Of a stretch of DNA of 64,000 nt, positions 37,490 through 50,386 are shown piece after piece (position 1 is the stretch's first letter; each line of letters opens with the position of its first letter). The notes beneath the pieces were generated by a model. That model ran no database searches. It had not been told where the DNA came from and saw only the letters and a list, made by a program, of their open reading frames with translations. The stretch lies in NCBI RefSeq assembly GCF_947568905.1, contig NC_079165.1, forward strand, positions 67,642,001 to 67,706,000. The letters are read 5' to 3'. Both the position numbers and the translations under genes were made by a program. Source of the DNA: Ostrea edulis (taxonomy: Eukaryota).

Positions 37490-38830
37490 AAAAAACATTC
37501 TAAAGAACTTTTAGTAAATTTGAAATTGCAAAACTTTTTTCAAATCAACAAAATCAGAACAACATCACACAATCATTCCTCACAATGAATTAAAAAGTAC
37601 ATGTTTTCATATCATAGACAGTTGTTTTGTTTTTCAATAAAAATGAAAAAACAAAGTATTCTGATTCTACGCACGAGTACTCTGAAGATGCTATTAAAAA
37701 GATTCTGCATTTCCTCATCGACAATATTTTCGTAGTTTTTGGTGATCAGGTCTTCCAACAGTCTTGGAATTCCCATCAGCATCAATTGTGCTCCTTTATT
37801 AGGTGACATATTTTCCTATTGTTATGAGGCAGAATTTACTTGAAAGCTTCTATATGTAAAAACAAAATCTTGCTGTGGCCTTCAACTCGACATTTAGATA
37901 TATCGACGATGTTTTATCTATTAACAATAATCAGTTTCATTCATATCGTTATTAGATATATCCCAGTGAATTCGAAATAAGAGACATCACATAGTCTTCC
38001 ACATGTGCTTCGTACTTAGATATCTTACTGAACATATATGTTAACAGCAGCAACTCAAATTTTTGACAAACGGGATGGCTTTAGCTTCTTCACTGACAAA
38101 TCCCATATTTAAGTAACAATATTCCATTATCACTTGCATATGGTTTTTACGTCTCTCAAGTCAATCGATACGCATGAGCTTCTTCTGCATATAAACAGTT
38201 TTTAAATCGAGGAAGGTTATTGACAAGTAATTTGATGTTCCAGGAGTTTCAATACTCTCGTTTAAAGTCAGAATTTTGTAAAATGCATGGTCGTTATAGC
38301 TATGTAATTTACCATTACAATCTGACATTTGGGCAAAATGCTGCTGATGTGCTTCACACCCATTGTTAGGCCGTTCTTTACATACTGATTTGGACTACGA
38401 ACTACTGATCAAGATAGAGACCTCATGGCGGATGTGACAACAGCGGATGCTTACTCCTCCAAGACAGCATTCCACCTAATAATAGGTTGTATTTGCAAAT
38501 AAGATCATTATAACGACCAGAAAATTTGCTAAATACTAACTTTAAAGGAGACTGTTGAAACTCCTGTAACATCAACTTATTTCTTAGTAGCTTGCCTGTA
38601 TCTAAAATTTATAATTCCCCGGACATGCTCTCGCGTATCGATTCAGTTGAGAAACATAAACACCATATGTAGGTGATAATGGAATATTGCTTCATAAATA
38701 TCGGAAGGTAACGATGGACATCTAAGTAATCTGAACGACGCTCCACTTTTAAACTCTGACAGGTTGTATTTGTAAATCGTGATGACAACTATGGAATTTG
38801 AGAAATGCTGACTTTAAAACGAGACTGCTG
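37490..38830. mobile_element. Decayed Penelope-like RT and UTR (plus, to about 38470) followed by a minus-strand RT fragment
   Basis: RT motifs as in 3575-4750, without the SINE insertion. Confidence 0.75.
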
Positions 38831-40604
38831 AAATCCCTGTGACATCAACTTATTGTCATTATTTCTTGTTATGGTAAGAAAAAAGAGGAATGAAATCCTG
38901 ACTTTATGATGACCTGCTTGGTACGCGAGTCAACACCACGCTTTGGAGTCACATATTCTGTTTTCGTATAGCACGTTTGATTGAACAACTTGAGTTACAC
39001 GAGTTGCTATAGTTGTAAATAAAACGTGTCTTTCATAACACTAGTGTTAAACACGGGTTGGAAAAAATTACTACTGGCTTTAGCGGGAGCATCAAGTGTT
39101 AAACATGGCGGAGAATGAAGAGAAATGTTGAGTTTGACATGTGAAATTATAACATTTTGAGAATATAAAGCAAAATTACTATACAAAAAGATACATTTGA
39201 CTAAAGTTTAATTAACTGATGCTTTGTTTTTAATAATTGATATAAATATTTCTAAACATTGTTAGATGTATGTTTTGATTTCAATATGTTGGGAATAAAG
39301 TAAATTTTTGGGATGAATTATATACGCTCTACGTTTGGTTTAATTTTGTTGATATTTACACTATTTTAGTACTGTATTTACATGTATATTCATGTAATAG
39401 GAATTAAATACTGCTCGGTATCAAAATGAACTACCATATATATATAAATTGTCATTTATACGATTTTCATATCAAACGCCATTTTTCCAAAATAACACTA
39501 GAGCAACAGTTGTTGTTTCATTTACATTCATGGAGTCTAACCTCTGTGCATGCACAGGCATCACTATAGAGTTACCCGAGTTTTCCTAATCAAACGTGTC
39601 CCTTGATAATACTTTTATGATACCAATGGTATCCAAAGAAAAAGGAAGTGCTTTGTCTACTTTTGATTTGCAATATATGGAGTCATTGACTTTATGTCGT
39701 TTTCCGCTTTGATACTTGTAGAAGAAGTAGATTCTGTTATAAAATTAGAAATTCTATTATTGATACATGCTTCAAACCAATCGTCATTTTGAATAACCTT
39801 TTGTACACTTATCGCTTATTTATGAAAGGCGAAGATAACGAACAATGATCAATCTCATAACTCCTATAAAAGCTTATCGACAATATTCTAACACGTACTT
39901 TTACCCTTAACAACAGTCATTGTGATAGATCCTTTCTGCATCATTATTTATTGTAATACAGCTTTTGTATAATTACTGATATTCATTTTGATAAACCTTG
40001 TGTATTCTTCCTTATGATTATTTGAATACACCCTTTGTACATTCACAGAATTTTATTCTAATACACTCTTTGTATAATAACCAATAATTATTCTTTTTTA
40101 TTCCTTGTACAATTCAATGTTGAAATTCTGATTAACCCTTTGCACTCTTACCGGTAAATGTTTTGCTAATATTTGTATACTTACCGGTACTTCTTTTGAC
40201 ACACCCTATATGGGGACTACACACTTCATCCGGACTACATTTATACCGGAAACCACAGTTCTCCCCGTACGACGGGTATGGACAAGTAGTGGAACAGTTA
40301 TCTCCATAGGAACCTGTAGGACAGGCTACAGAAAAAATAAACGGAAAATGAATAATACATTAACATATACAATGATTTGTACTATGAACGGAAAAATGCA
40401 AGCTAGAACATAATCAATCAAAATCAATCATTTTTGTTTAGACTTCGTTTCTACTCTTAGATATAGCTTTCAGTCAGACTGAAGTAGAATTAGAGAAAAA
40501 ACGTATGATGCATTTATTTTGATAGACTGTGTGTGTTTACCTAGAATTAATCTAGTAAACCCTATGTAACATTATATGTAGTTATTCAAATATATTTTCC
40601 ACAA

Positions 40605-41450
40605 TTACTGGTTGTTATTCTGATACATTCTTTGTACAGTTACCGGTAGTTATTCTGATGCATTATTTGTACAGTCACCGGTAGGTATTCTGATACATTA
40701 TTTGTACAGTTACCGGTAGTTATTCTGATGCATTGTTTGTACACTTACCGGTAGTTATTTTGATGCATTGTTTATACAGTTACCGGTAGTTATTCTGATG
40801 CATTATTTGTACAGTCACCGGTAGGTATTCTGATACATTATTTGTACAGGTACCGGTAGTTATTCTGATGCATTGTTTGTACACTTACTGGTAGTTATTT
40901 TGATGCATTGTTTATACAGTTGCCGGTAGTTATTCTGATGCATTGTTTGTACAGTTACCGGTAGTTATTCTGCTGCATTGTTTATACAGTTACCAGTAGT
41001 TATTCTGATACATTCTTTGTATAGTTACCGGTAGTTATTCTGATACATTCTTTGTATAGTTACCAGTAGTTATTCTGATACATTATTTGTACAGTTACCG
41101 GTAGTTATTCTGATGCATTGTTTATACAGTTACCGTAGTTATTCTGATACATTCTTTGTACAGTTACTGGTAGTTGTTGTAATACATTATTTGTACAGTT
41201 ACCACTAGTTATTCTGATACATTCTTTGTACAGTTACCAGTAGTTATTGTGATGCATTGTTTGTACAGTTACCGGTAGTTATTCTGATATATTACTTGTA
41301 TAGTTACCTGTAGTTATTGTGATGCATTATTTGTACAGTTACCGGTTGTTATTGTGATACATTATTTGTACAGTTACCGGTAGTTATTCTGATACATTCT
41401 TTTTACAGTTACGGTAGTTATTCTGATACATTCTTTGAACCATTACCAAT
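40605..41450. repeat. 35-bp minisatellite, about 24 units, between duplicated EGF exons of C
   Basis: Same unit. Confidence 0.95.
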
Positions 41451-41989
41451 ATTCTTTCCGTCACACCCTTTGCACACGTGGCGGTATCTCTTCTTTATAC
41501 ACCTATATGCAGTTTTTTGTTTCATCCTTTGTACTCTAACCGGTAAATTTTAGCTAACATTTATACTCGTACCGGTATATTTTTTGCTAACCATTTGTAT
41601 GCTTTCCGGTAACACCCATTGCACACGTGGCGGAACATATATATCTATTCTTTATACACTGATATGCAGTCATTTGGTTTCACCTTTTGTACTCTTATCG
41701 GTATATTCCTAACATCTATATGCTTACCGGTACTTTTTTGACACACCCTATATAGGGATTACACACTTCATACGAACTATATTTACACAGGAAACCACAG
41801 TTCTCCCATACGACGGGAACGGACAAGTAGTGGAACAGTCGTCTCCATAGGAACCTGTAGGACAGGCTACAGAAAAATAAACCCAAAATGAATAATACAT
41901 AACTCATACAATGGTTTGTACTATGAACGGAAAAATGCAAGCTAGAACATAATCAATCATTTTTGTTTAGACTTCGTTTCTACTTTTAG

Positions 41990-43190
41990 ATGAATGGTGA
42001 AGATAACGAACAGTGATCAATCTCATAACTCCTACAACCAATACAAAATAGATAGTTGGGCAAACACGAACCCCTGGACACACCAGAGGTGGGATCAGGT
42101 GCCTAGGAAGAGTAAGCATCCCCTGTTGACCGGTCACACTCGCCGTGAGCCCTATATCCTGATCAGGTAACGGAGTTATACGTAGTCAAAATCAGTGTGC
42201 CAAGAAGGGCCTAACAATCGGTATGAAACACGTCAGACAGCATTCGACCCAATGATAGGTTGTATCGACGAACTAGATCGTTATAACGACCATAGAATTT
42301 GTGAAATGCTGACTTCAATCGAGACTATTGAAACCCTTGTATCATCAACTTGTTTGTCAGTAGCTTACCTCAATTTAAAAACTGACTATACGCAGAACAA
42401 GCTCTTGCATATCGAATCAGTTGAGATATATAAACACCATATGCAGGTGATAATGGAATGTTGCTACATAAATATGGGAAGTTGACGATGGAGAAGCTGA
42501 AATCATCCCGTTTGTCATACAGTTGAGTTGTCATTTTGCCGTTAATGTCTACTTTCAATAAAATATCTAAGTATGAAGCAGAAGTGGACGACTCTGTGGT
42601 TTCCTTTATTTCGAGCTCACAGGGATATATCAAATCGACATATGAATGAATGTTATTATTGTTAATAGACAAAACGTCATCAATATATCGAAATGTCGAA
42701 TTGAAGGCCACAGCGAGATATTTTTTCTTCTCACATAGAAGTTTTTGAATAAATTCTGCTTCATGTGAATATAGAAACAGTTCAGCTAACAAAGGAGCAC
42801 AATTCATGCCCATGGGAATTCCAACAGACTGTTGGATGACCTGATCACCAAAGACCACAAAGATATTGTCAATGATGAACTGAAGCATTTATTTTATTTC
42901 AACTTCAGAGTACTTGTGTGTGGAATCAGAGTGGTTTTTAACAAAGTAAGTTTTTGAATGACTGATCACTAGATATAAATATTTCCGATTTCCATTTTTG
43001 TTGAAGAAGCAACTGCCTATGATGTCGAAAAGTCTAGTCTTTAATTTATCGTGAGGAATGGTCGTGTATAGTGTTGAAAAGTGATAGGTTTTGATGTTAT
43101 TGAGTTGGGAAATATTCTGCGATTTCTAGTTTACTAAAAGTTCTTTAGAATTTTTTAGCATCCACATTTGATTAACACCACTTCTAGATA
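41990..43190 (-). mobile_element. Penelope-like (Naiad-type) retroelement, 5'-truncated, RT plus 3' UTR
   Basis: ORF 42370-42888 has QQSVGIPMGMNCAPLLAELFLYS and FRYIDDVL; KTYDFSTLYTTIP-like region upstream; conserved 3' UTR. Inserted into duplicated intron sequence that is uninterrupted at about 40455. Confidence 0.85.
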
Positions 43191-44769
43191 TATCTTTCAG
43201 TCAGACTGAAGTAGAATTAGAGAAAAATGTATGATGCATTTATTTTGATAGGCTGTGTGTGTTTACCTAGAATTAATCTAGTAAACCCTTTGTAACATTA
43301 TAGGTAGCTATTCTAATATATTTGCACAATTACTGGTTGTTATTCTGATACATTCTCTGAACCGTTACCAATATTTTTTCCATCACAATCTTTGCACACG
43401 TGACGGTATCTCTTCTTTATACACTTATATGCAGTTTTTGTTTCATCCTTTGTACTCTTACCGGTAAATGTTTGCTAACATCTATATGCTTACCGGTATT
43501 TATTTTGATACATCCTATATAGGGACTACACACTTTATCCGCACTACATTTACACCGGAAACCACAGTTCTCCCCGTACGACGGGTATGGACAAGTAGTG
43601 GAACAGTTATCTCCATAGGAACCTGTAGGACAGGCTACAGAAAAAATAAAAGTAAGATGATAAACTCTTGTTGTTATAGAAGCAACGGGAATAATACATT
43701 AACATATAAAATGGTTTGTACATTGTACTATGAGAGAAAAAGGGAAGGTATAACATAATTCTGAATGAATCATTTTTGCTTTTATTTTAACTCTTAAATA
43801 TAGCTTTCAATCAAACTGAAGGAGAATTAGACAGTAACTTACGAATGCATTCACCATTGTCATCGTAAAAATTTGTGCAGCACTCGCCTCTGCAAAAATG
43901 TTTTGTAATCAAATTATCTCTTCTAATAAGAATATTATATTTTGAATACATTTGTACGTATCCCAAGAATTAAATTTTGTACTGTTATAAATTCAGAAAA
44001 AAATTGAGAAAATATTGATTTTTCTCAAAAATTGAGAAAAAATTGATCCATGGATAGCATTCCACATGTTTTGACATAGATCTATCTTTCCACTAGATTC
44101 ATTTCACTCACAATATATTCTTGAAATTCATATATCACTATTCATAGGTTGTTGACTGGATATCGGGAAATATACCCGTCAGAGGTTCCTGTTTTGAAAA
44201 GCGGACCGAGGTTGCGAGGTGGTATTTGTTTTCTTTGTTAATTCTGCAAAACGATGAAGGGCTGGCATATTTTCCGTAAATAACCTTTTCATAGCATTTT
44301 TTCTCGTTGTATATACTTCACATTCTATTCATATTCCGCAATTTTGAAATAAATTTGATTTGAACATATTCTATTGTATAAATATACAAAGGGGTTGGTT
44401 ACAAGTTTTAGCAACTTAGAAAACCTATCCAGTATACAAGGTATATTATGGTATACATGTACAAATAAAGATTGTCATACATGTACCACAGAAAATATGA
44501 TAATCGTTATGATATACAATTATGATAATATACAATATATATGTATAGGTTCATTTAAGTACATAATCAGGCATAAAATGCAAAATATATTTAAAATATG
44601 ATATATATAGGTCTGATTAAAATCTGTTACAGTTCTTAATAAACTTCTGAACTGCTTTGAAAATATTAAAAATTACATCATCTGAAAAAATCCCTTTCCT
44701 TATAATAAAAAGTTGGCATCGACAACAGCAATGCCATTTACCTGAAATATTTTAGTTTGAATTAGAAAA

Positions 44770-45980
44770 AAAACTATGATAGGTAATCTGAAGATAACGA
44801 AGAGTAATCAATCTCGCAACTCCTATAAGCAATACGAAATAGATAGTTAGGCAAACACAGACCCCTGGACACATCAGATGTGGGGTCAAGTGCGTAGGAT
44901 GAGTAAGCATCCCTTGTCGACCGGTCACACCCACCGTGAGCCCTATATCTTGATCAGGTAAACGGAGTTATCCGTAGTCAAAATCAGTTTGCCAAGAACG
45001 GTCTAACAATCGGTATGAATAACGTCAGACAGCATTTGACCCAATGATAGGTTGCATTAGCAAACTAGATCGTTATATCTACCATAGAATTTGCGAAATG
45101 CTGACTTGAAATGATACTGTAGAAACCCCTGCACCATCAACTTGTTTGTCAGTAGCCTGCTTTGATTTAAAAACCGACCATACGCAGAACAACCTCTTGT
45201 GTATCGAATCAAGAGATATAAACACCATATGCAGGTGATAATGGAATATTGCTACATAAATATGGGAAGTTGACGATGGAGTAGGTGAATCATCCCGTTT
45301 GCATAAAGTTGAGCGGTTAGTTTGCCGTTAGTATTTACTTTCAATAAAATATCTTAGTATGAAGCAGAGGTGGACGAATCTGTGGTGTCTTATTTCGAGT
45401 TCACATGAATATATCAAATCGACAGTTATCATTGTTAATAGATAAAACGTCGTCGATATATATAAATGTCGAATTGAAGGCCACAACAAAAGATTTGTTT
45501 CTTCAAGTTTTTGAATAAATTCTGCTTCATAGGAATACAAAAACAGGTCAGCTAACAACGGAGCACAATTCATGCCCGTTTGAATTCCAACAGACTGTTG
45601 GAAGACCTTAACACCAAAGACCAGATAGATATTGTCAATGAGGAACTCCAGCATATTTTTTGTTTCAACTTCAAAGTACTTGTGCATGGAATCAAAGTGG
45701 TGTTTAAGAAAGTAATTTTTTGGATGACTGATCACTAGATGTGAATATTTGCGTTTTCCTTTTTTGAAGAAGCAACTGTCTATGATGTGAAAAAGTGTAG
45801 TCTTCAATCTATCGTGAAGAATTCTCGTGTGAAAAGTCATACGTTTTGATGTTATTGATTTGAGATTTACACCACTTCTAGAATATGTAGTGGCACAGTA
45901 ATTTGAAGTTTGTCCTTCACAGCTGTTAATATTTTCGTGAAGAGCAAAGATAGGGGCGTGGTAAAACACCTACTGGATAC
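44770..45980 (-). mobile_element. Penelope-like element in intron 1 of C
   Basis: ORF 45328-45969 (QQSVGIQTGMNCAPLLADLFLYSYEAEF) plus 3' UTR; the 5' junction lies about 10 nt from the exon 1 donor. Confidence 0.85.
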
Positions 45981-47029
45981 CCTTGTTCTACGTACCGATC
46001 GTCAACACAGTTGCATTTACGTGTTGTTTCTGCATTGAGTGGTAAAACCAATAAGGCTAATTCTATGTTTCGACCTCTTCATGAATTAAAAATTATCATT
46101 TGAAATATTAAATTCATTCTACCTACATACAATAGAAACTGTTTGACCCATTCCCCTTCAAACATTCATATTTCAATGATAGTCATGTGTGTTATATCCT
46201 GATGGAACAATAGTGAACACGGAAGATTCATTGATTGGGAAGCACATTTTCATAAACAGGAAACAAGTTATGCAATAAATTCAGTCAAACATTATACGTA
46301 TTGAGCATTCATATACGACTAAGCGTGGAAATGGCCATACTTGGCCCCGAATATTTCAAAATACATTGATTTCTTTGAAATAGTCAATTTCATATTGTTA
46401 TACGTTGAAACAAAAACGAATATCTGTTTTTCTTCAAGACGATTCCTATTTTCGGATATGACCTCACAAATTTGGTGAAGAAATAATCATTCTTTGTTAT
46501 AGGCATGCATCATTATCATTTTCATATATATCCAACACCTAAGATAGAATCATTCACAGGTGTGCTATATTTTATCGTTGTCGCCGCTCTCCAAATATCT
46601 ACTGCTTATGATTATGGCAATTTTTGACCATTTATACTTATAAATGAACAAATTTTGCCCATAAACTCCGAAATGCTTGCTCCAGAGTTACTGCTTGCAC
46701 TTAAATATTGCTTCATATATGAGGTGGAGTCCGTAAACTATAATAGAATATTACATCATGAGTAAATATCGTAAAATTAATTAAAATCCTACTTTCCTTT
46801 TCGATAAACTACTCTGAAATAGCAAATATGAAAGTAGAGTGGCGGACACGCTTGGCGGATCTAAGCCAGTTTTCTTTTTTTTTTTTTAAATGACAACTTA
46901 ATGACAATACGATATGAAGTAAATCCATTGGTTATCAATGCGTGATTTTAATCGAACAGAAGAAATATGTTTTTATAATTGTTGAATAAATAAAATGTGA
47001 ACATATCTTTACCGTTGCAGATTATTGAC

Positions 47030-48170
47030 ATATGGAACTTTGTTTATAGCACAACTCCATGACTCCCATTTCAGTGCAAGTTCGATCTCTTCTCATACTT
47101 CTGCCAAAGGATATGTTCACAAGATACTGGTATTACCAGATCCTACACATGGTTTCTGTCTTAAACTATCGCATCATGTTAGAAACCCTTTTCTCTATTT
47201 GTTTCCATTCTTTTCTGAGACTTGGTGAAGTCACTGTTAAGCAGGGCATTGTCCCTGATAAGGTCATTCAATTTAAAGATGTAGAATTTCAATACAATGG
47301 CTCAACTCTCTACAGAGTTCAATTAGTATTTCAAAACCCCCCAAAAAATGAATAAACCCATTACTATCTGTTTGGAGAGTTCCCCCATGCCTGACCATTG
47401 CCCTGTCAAAGCACTGTACCTCTATCTATCTCATTCAGGTCATACATCTGGTCCACTTTTTCAATACAGGGATCTCTCTCCAATTACATACAATTATGTT
47501 TCCAAGCAACTTCAACCATTGTAATATTTGTGGGAATCAATCCGGCATTGTATAAAGGTAACAGTTTCCGCATTGGTGCGGCAACATACGCAGCACAAAA
47601 AGGCGACTCTGAAAACTATATCTAGCAGTTAGGTCGTTGAAACTGAAAGGCCTTGAAAAGCTATATTCGAATCCCTACCCTCTCTGTTTGAGAACCCCAT
47701 TTTCTCACCCAGGGTAGTTCATTGATAGCTCAGTGATTAACTGCTATCTGATCTCTTTATACCTGACAGATATACATTCTTTTTTCCTTTACAGGACAGG
47801 TCAATGTGTAACTGCTGTATGTACAAATGTATATGTACAGTGTATCTTAAATACACAACATTTCCTATATTCCTGGAACTCCCCCCTCGGGTATCAAATT
47901 ATGCAGGTCTGTTTTACTGCTGCACCAAAGTCAATACAAAATATATTCGTTAGATAGGACATACGTTTTGTGTTGAACTCTGTAATTTTACTATGCAGGT
48001 CAGTGTTTAGCTGCTGCATCACCCCCTCCCTTACCTTGAAGCGTATTTACTTGTATGTTGACTCACAAATACTATTGAACAAATTATGGTTTGTTAGTCT
48101 ATGCAGATCTCTTTGTACAGTGGTAATTAGTTCATTGCAAACAGCTCACCTCGGATGGTTCTGAATATGA
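47030..48170 (+). mobile_element. Second, different DIRS-type tyrosine recombinase remnant
   Basis: FHSFLRLGEV, NSFRIGAATYAA, LGR..KALKSYIRIPTL; multiple stops. Confidence 0.8.
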
Positions 48171-48416
48171 TTAGATAATCATATCCTTGGCCTTATTGTT
48201 CGCCATCGTTTTGCTTTTTACGCTTTCGAACAAGATGTCCAAGTTTATGTTCAACTAGGCAGTAGTATTTGTTATTTGTTATAATCCTTTTTGGGGGAAA
48301 TCAGGACAGATATGTTGAAATCCTGTGTAATTGATGTTTTATATCGGTTGATTTTCCCCTGTTTGAACTAGTAAGTAGTATTGGTTTTTGGTAAATTATT
48401 TATGGAGGGGGGGGGG

Positions 48417-48660
48417 GGCTCTGTGCCCGAGTGGTTAGAGCATCGCGCTCAAAATCACACAGCCTCTCACTTCTGGTCGCGCGGGTTCGAATCCCGCTCG
48501 CGCCGGTAAGTGAGAAAGTTTCCCAGTTTACTTTCGGAAGGTCGGTGGTCTCTTCCCAGGTACATTGTATCTGGGTTTTCTCTTCCACTAATAAACACTG
48601 GGCGCGAACAGATAACTGAAAAATTGTTGAGTGTGGCGGAAAACAGCAAAAACAAAATTA
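48417..48660 (+). mobile_element. tRNA-derived SINE, V-domain-like
   Basis: A box tgcccgagtgg, B box ggttcgaatcc, then cccaggtac...gggttttctcttccact...gataactgaaaaattgttgagtgtggcg and an A-rich tail. Confidence 0.8.
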
Positions 48661-49335
48661 TGGGAGAAATAAGGACAGATGTGTCGATATTGGTGCAATG
48701 ATATGACAATGTTTTATTATTTGATGACCCCCCCCCTTTATTTGTGAACCTTTATTTTCGTCATTTGTCAGAACGAAGTTAAGGTCTACAACCAATCGTG
48801 TGTTACCGATTCAAGCCGATAAGTTGCGATTGGTTTACAAGATAGCCATAAAATTGTATAGATGTTCAATGTTATTTATAAATATAATAGTATTGACTAG
48901 GCCCATATTTATCATTTTATGAACATTTTTAATTGTATTGCTTATATACATCTCATTCAACAAAGGACACCCCTATCCTCCTGTGACCAACGATCTGACA
49001 CATTGATAATTTTTTATACGATATTCATCTAACATTTTCGATGTTCTTGATTTTTCCCGTGATTATAGAAGCCACTGTTACGACTTTTTATAATAATTAA
49101 TTAATTAACAGTCACTGATATTTACAAAAGCACAAAAAAAAAAATCATTTCGGTTGAGCATATTTTGTGATGACACAGATCTTGAAAGTAAGTAATAAGT
49201 CTAAAACTGTCCAATATGTCAGATATCGAATGACTCGAGACTCGGAAAATGCGCCTTACGGCTTAATTTTTTTTAACGAAATTAGGTTGTACACTACCTG
49301 ACAATGTCCAAGAAATCAGGTCATTGTTTACAATG

Positions 49336-49580
49336 CAAGGTGAAGATAACGAACAGTGATCAATGCAAGGTGAAGATAACGAACAGTGATCAATCTCATA
49401 AGTCCTACAAGCAATACAAAATAGATAGTTGGACAAACACGGACCCCTGGACACACCAGAGGTGGGATCAGGTTCCTAGGAGGAGTAAGCATCCCCTGTT
49501 GACCGGTCACACCCGCCGTGAACCCTATATCCTGATTAGGTAAACGGAGTTATCCGCAGTCAAAATCAGTGTGCCAAGAA
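49336..49580 (-). mobile_element. Penelope-like 3' UTR insertion with 11-bp TSD and 30-bp terminal tandem duplication
   Basis: tgtttacaatg at 49325-49335 and 49581-49591; 30-mer repeated at 49331 and 49361. Confidence 0.9.
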
Positions 49581-49859
49581 TGTTTACAATGTAGCAGGTT
49601 TTCTGTTTGTCATTCATATTTATTAAAACAATATTTTATTAATTAATAAGTGAATGGGATTGGGCAGCAGGCATAGCCCATTTCAGCCCTCCCAATACCG
49701 CTTTCATTTGCAATAGAGAGTTTCAAATTTTGAAATTATGGAAGACCGTTCATTTTGTCTGGTCAACTATTAGGCATGACGGATTACAATTGCATTCGTA
49801 AAATCATTATCTAATTTTCAATACGGAGTCAGATCATAAGGAACGTTTAATATCATCCT

Positions 49860-50070
49860 TTGGCCTTCAACTCGACATTTAGATATATCGACGTTTTATC
49901 TATTAACAATTATTATTTCATTCATATGTCGATTCCATATATCTCAGTGAACTCGAAATAAAAAGTAACCACATAGTCTTCCACATCTGTTTCGTATTTA
50001 GATATTTTATGTGAGCATAGATGTTAACTGCAAATTACCAACTTAATTTTATGACAAACGGGATGACTTG
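49860..50070 (+). mobile_element. Penelope-like RT fragment
   Basis: AFNSTFRYID...ELEIK...DKRDD-like translation with indels. Confidence 0.75.
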
Positions 50071-50386
50071 TTTAGGGATTTTCTCATTCTCTTTAAGAAT
50101 TTGAATTTACAAAACCTAAATAGTTTGTGTACAAAGAAAACTTAAAGACCAATTTATCACAAACGAATTACAGTCATTCATCACTATTTTGAAAGGTAGC
50201 TATTTTAGTCTAAAGGATATGAAATGTAAATAAAATAGGTGACAGTTACAGATAATACAATGAAAAGATTGATCTTGTTTTTATCGTTGAAAGTTACGTT
50301 TAATCTGTTTTAGTACATGCTTATCCACATTATTTTTTACAAGTATTTGTTATATCAGATTAAAAACAAAATATGAATGGTCTCTA

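Larger units (their letters stand above)
39657..46117 (-). pseudogene. Paralog C: TM-less paralog with three EGF exons and a nonsense codon in exon 1
   Basis: Exon 1 45996-46117 has TGG>TGA at 46079-46081. Exon 2 43843-43889 is intact (GECCTNFYDDNGECI). EGF exons: 43494-43634 (intact), 41728-41866 (two 1-nt deletions), 40185-40325 (one Cys>Tyr). Terminal exon 39657-39733 has the same early stop as A. Confidence 0.75.
32024..46310. repeat. Segmental duplication, copy 2
   Basis: Pairs with 1-9560. Differs by TE insertions and the EGF exon triplication. Confidence 0.9.

Noticed and set aside
42370-42372. In-frame TGA in the Penelope RT as Sec recoding
   Set aside because: Other copies have CGA (Arg) here, so it is a CpG transition. 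Cys positions checked in the RT are TGT.
48417-48500. Genuine tRNA gene (also 18300-18386 and 17710-17790)
   Set aside because: A and B boxes are present but the acceptor and anticodon arms do not pair properly, and SINE or MITE bodies follow directly.
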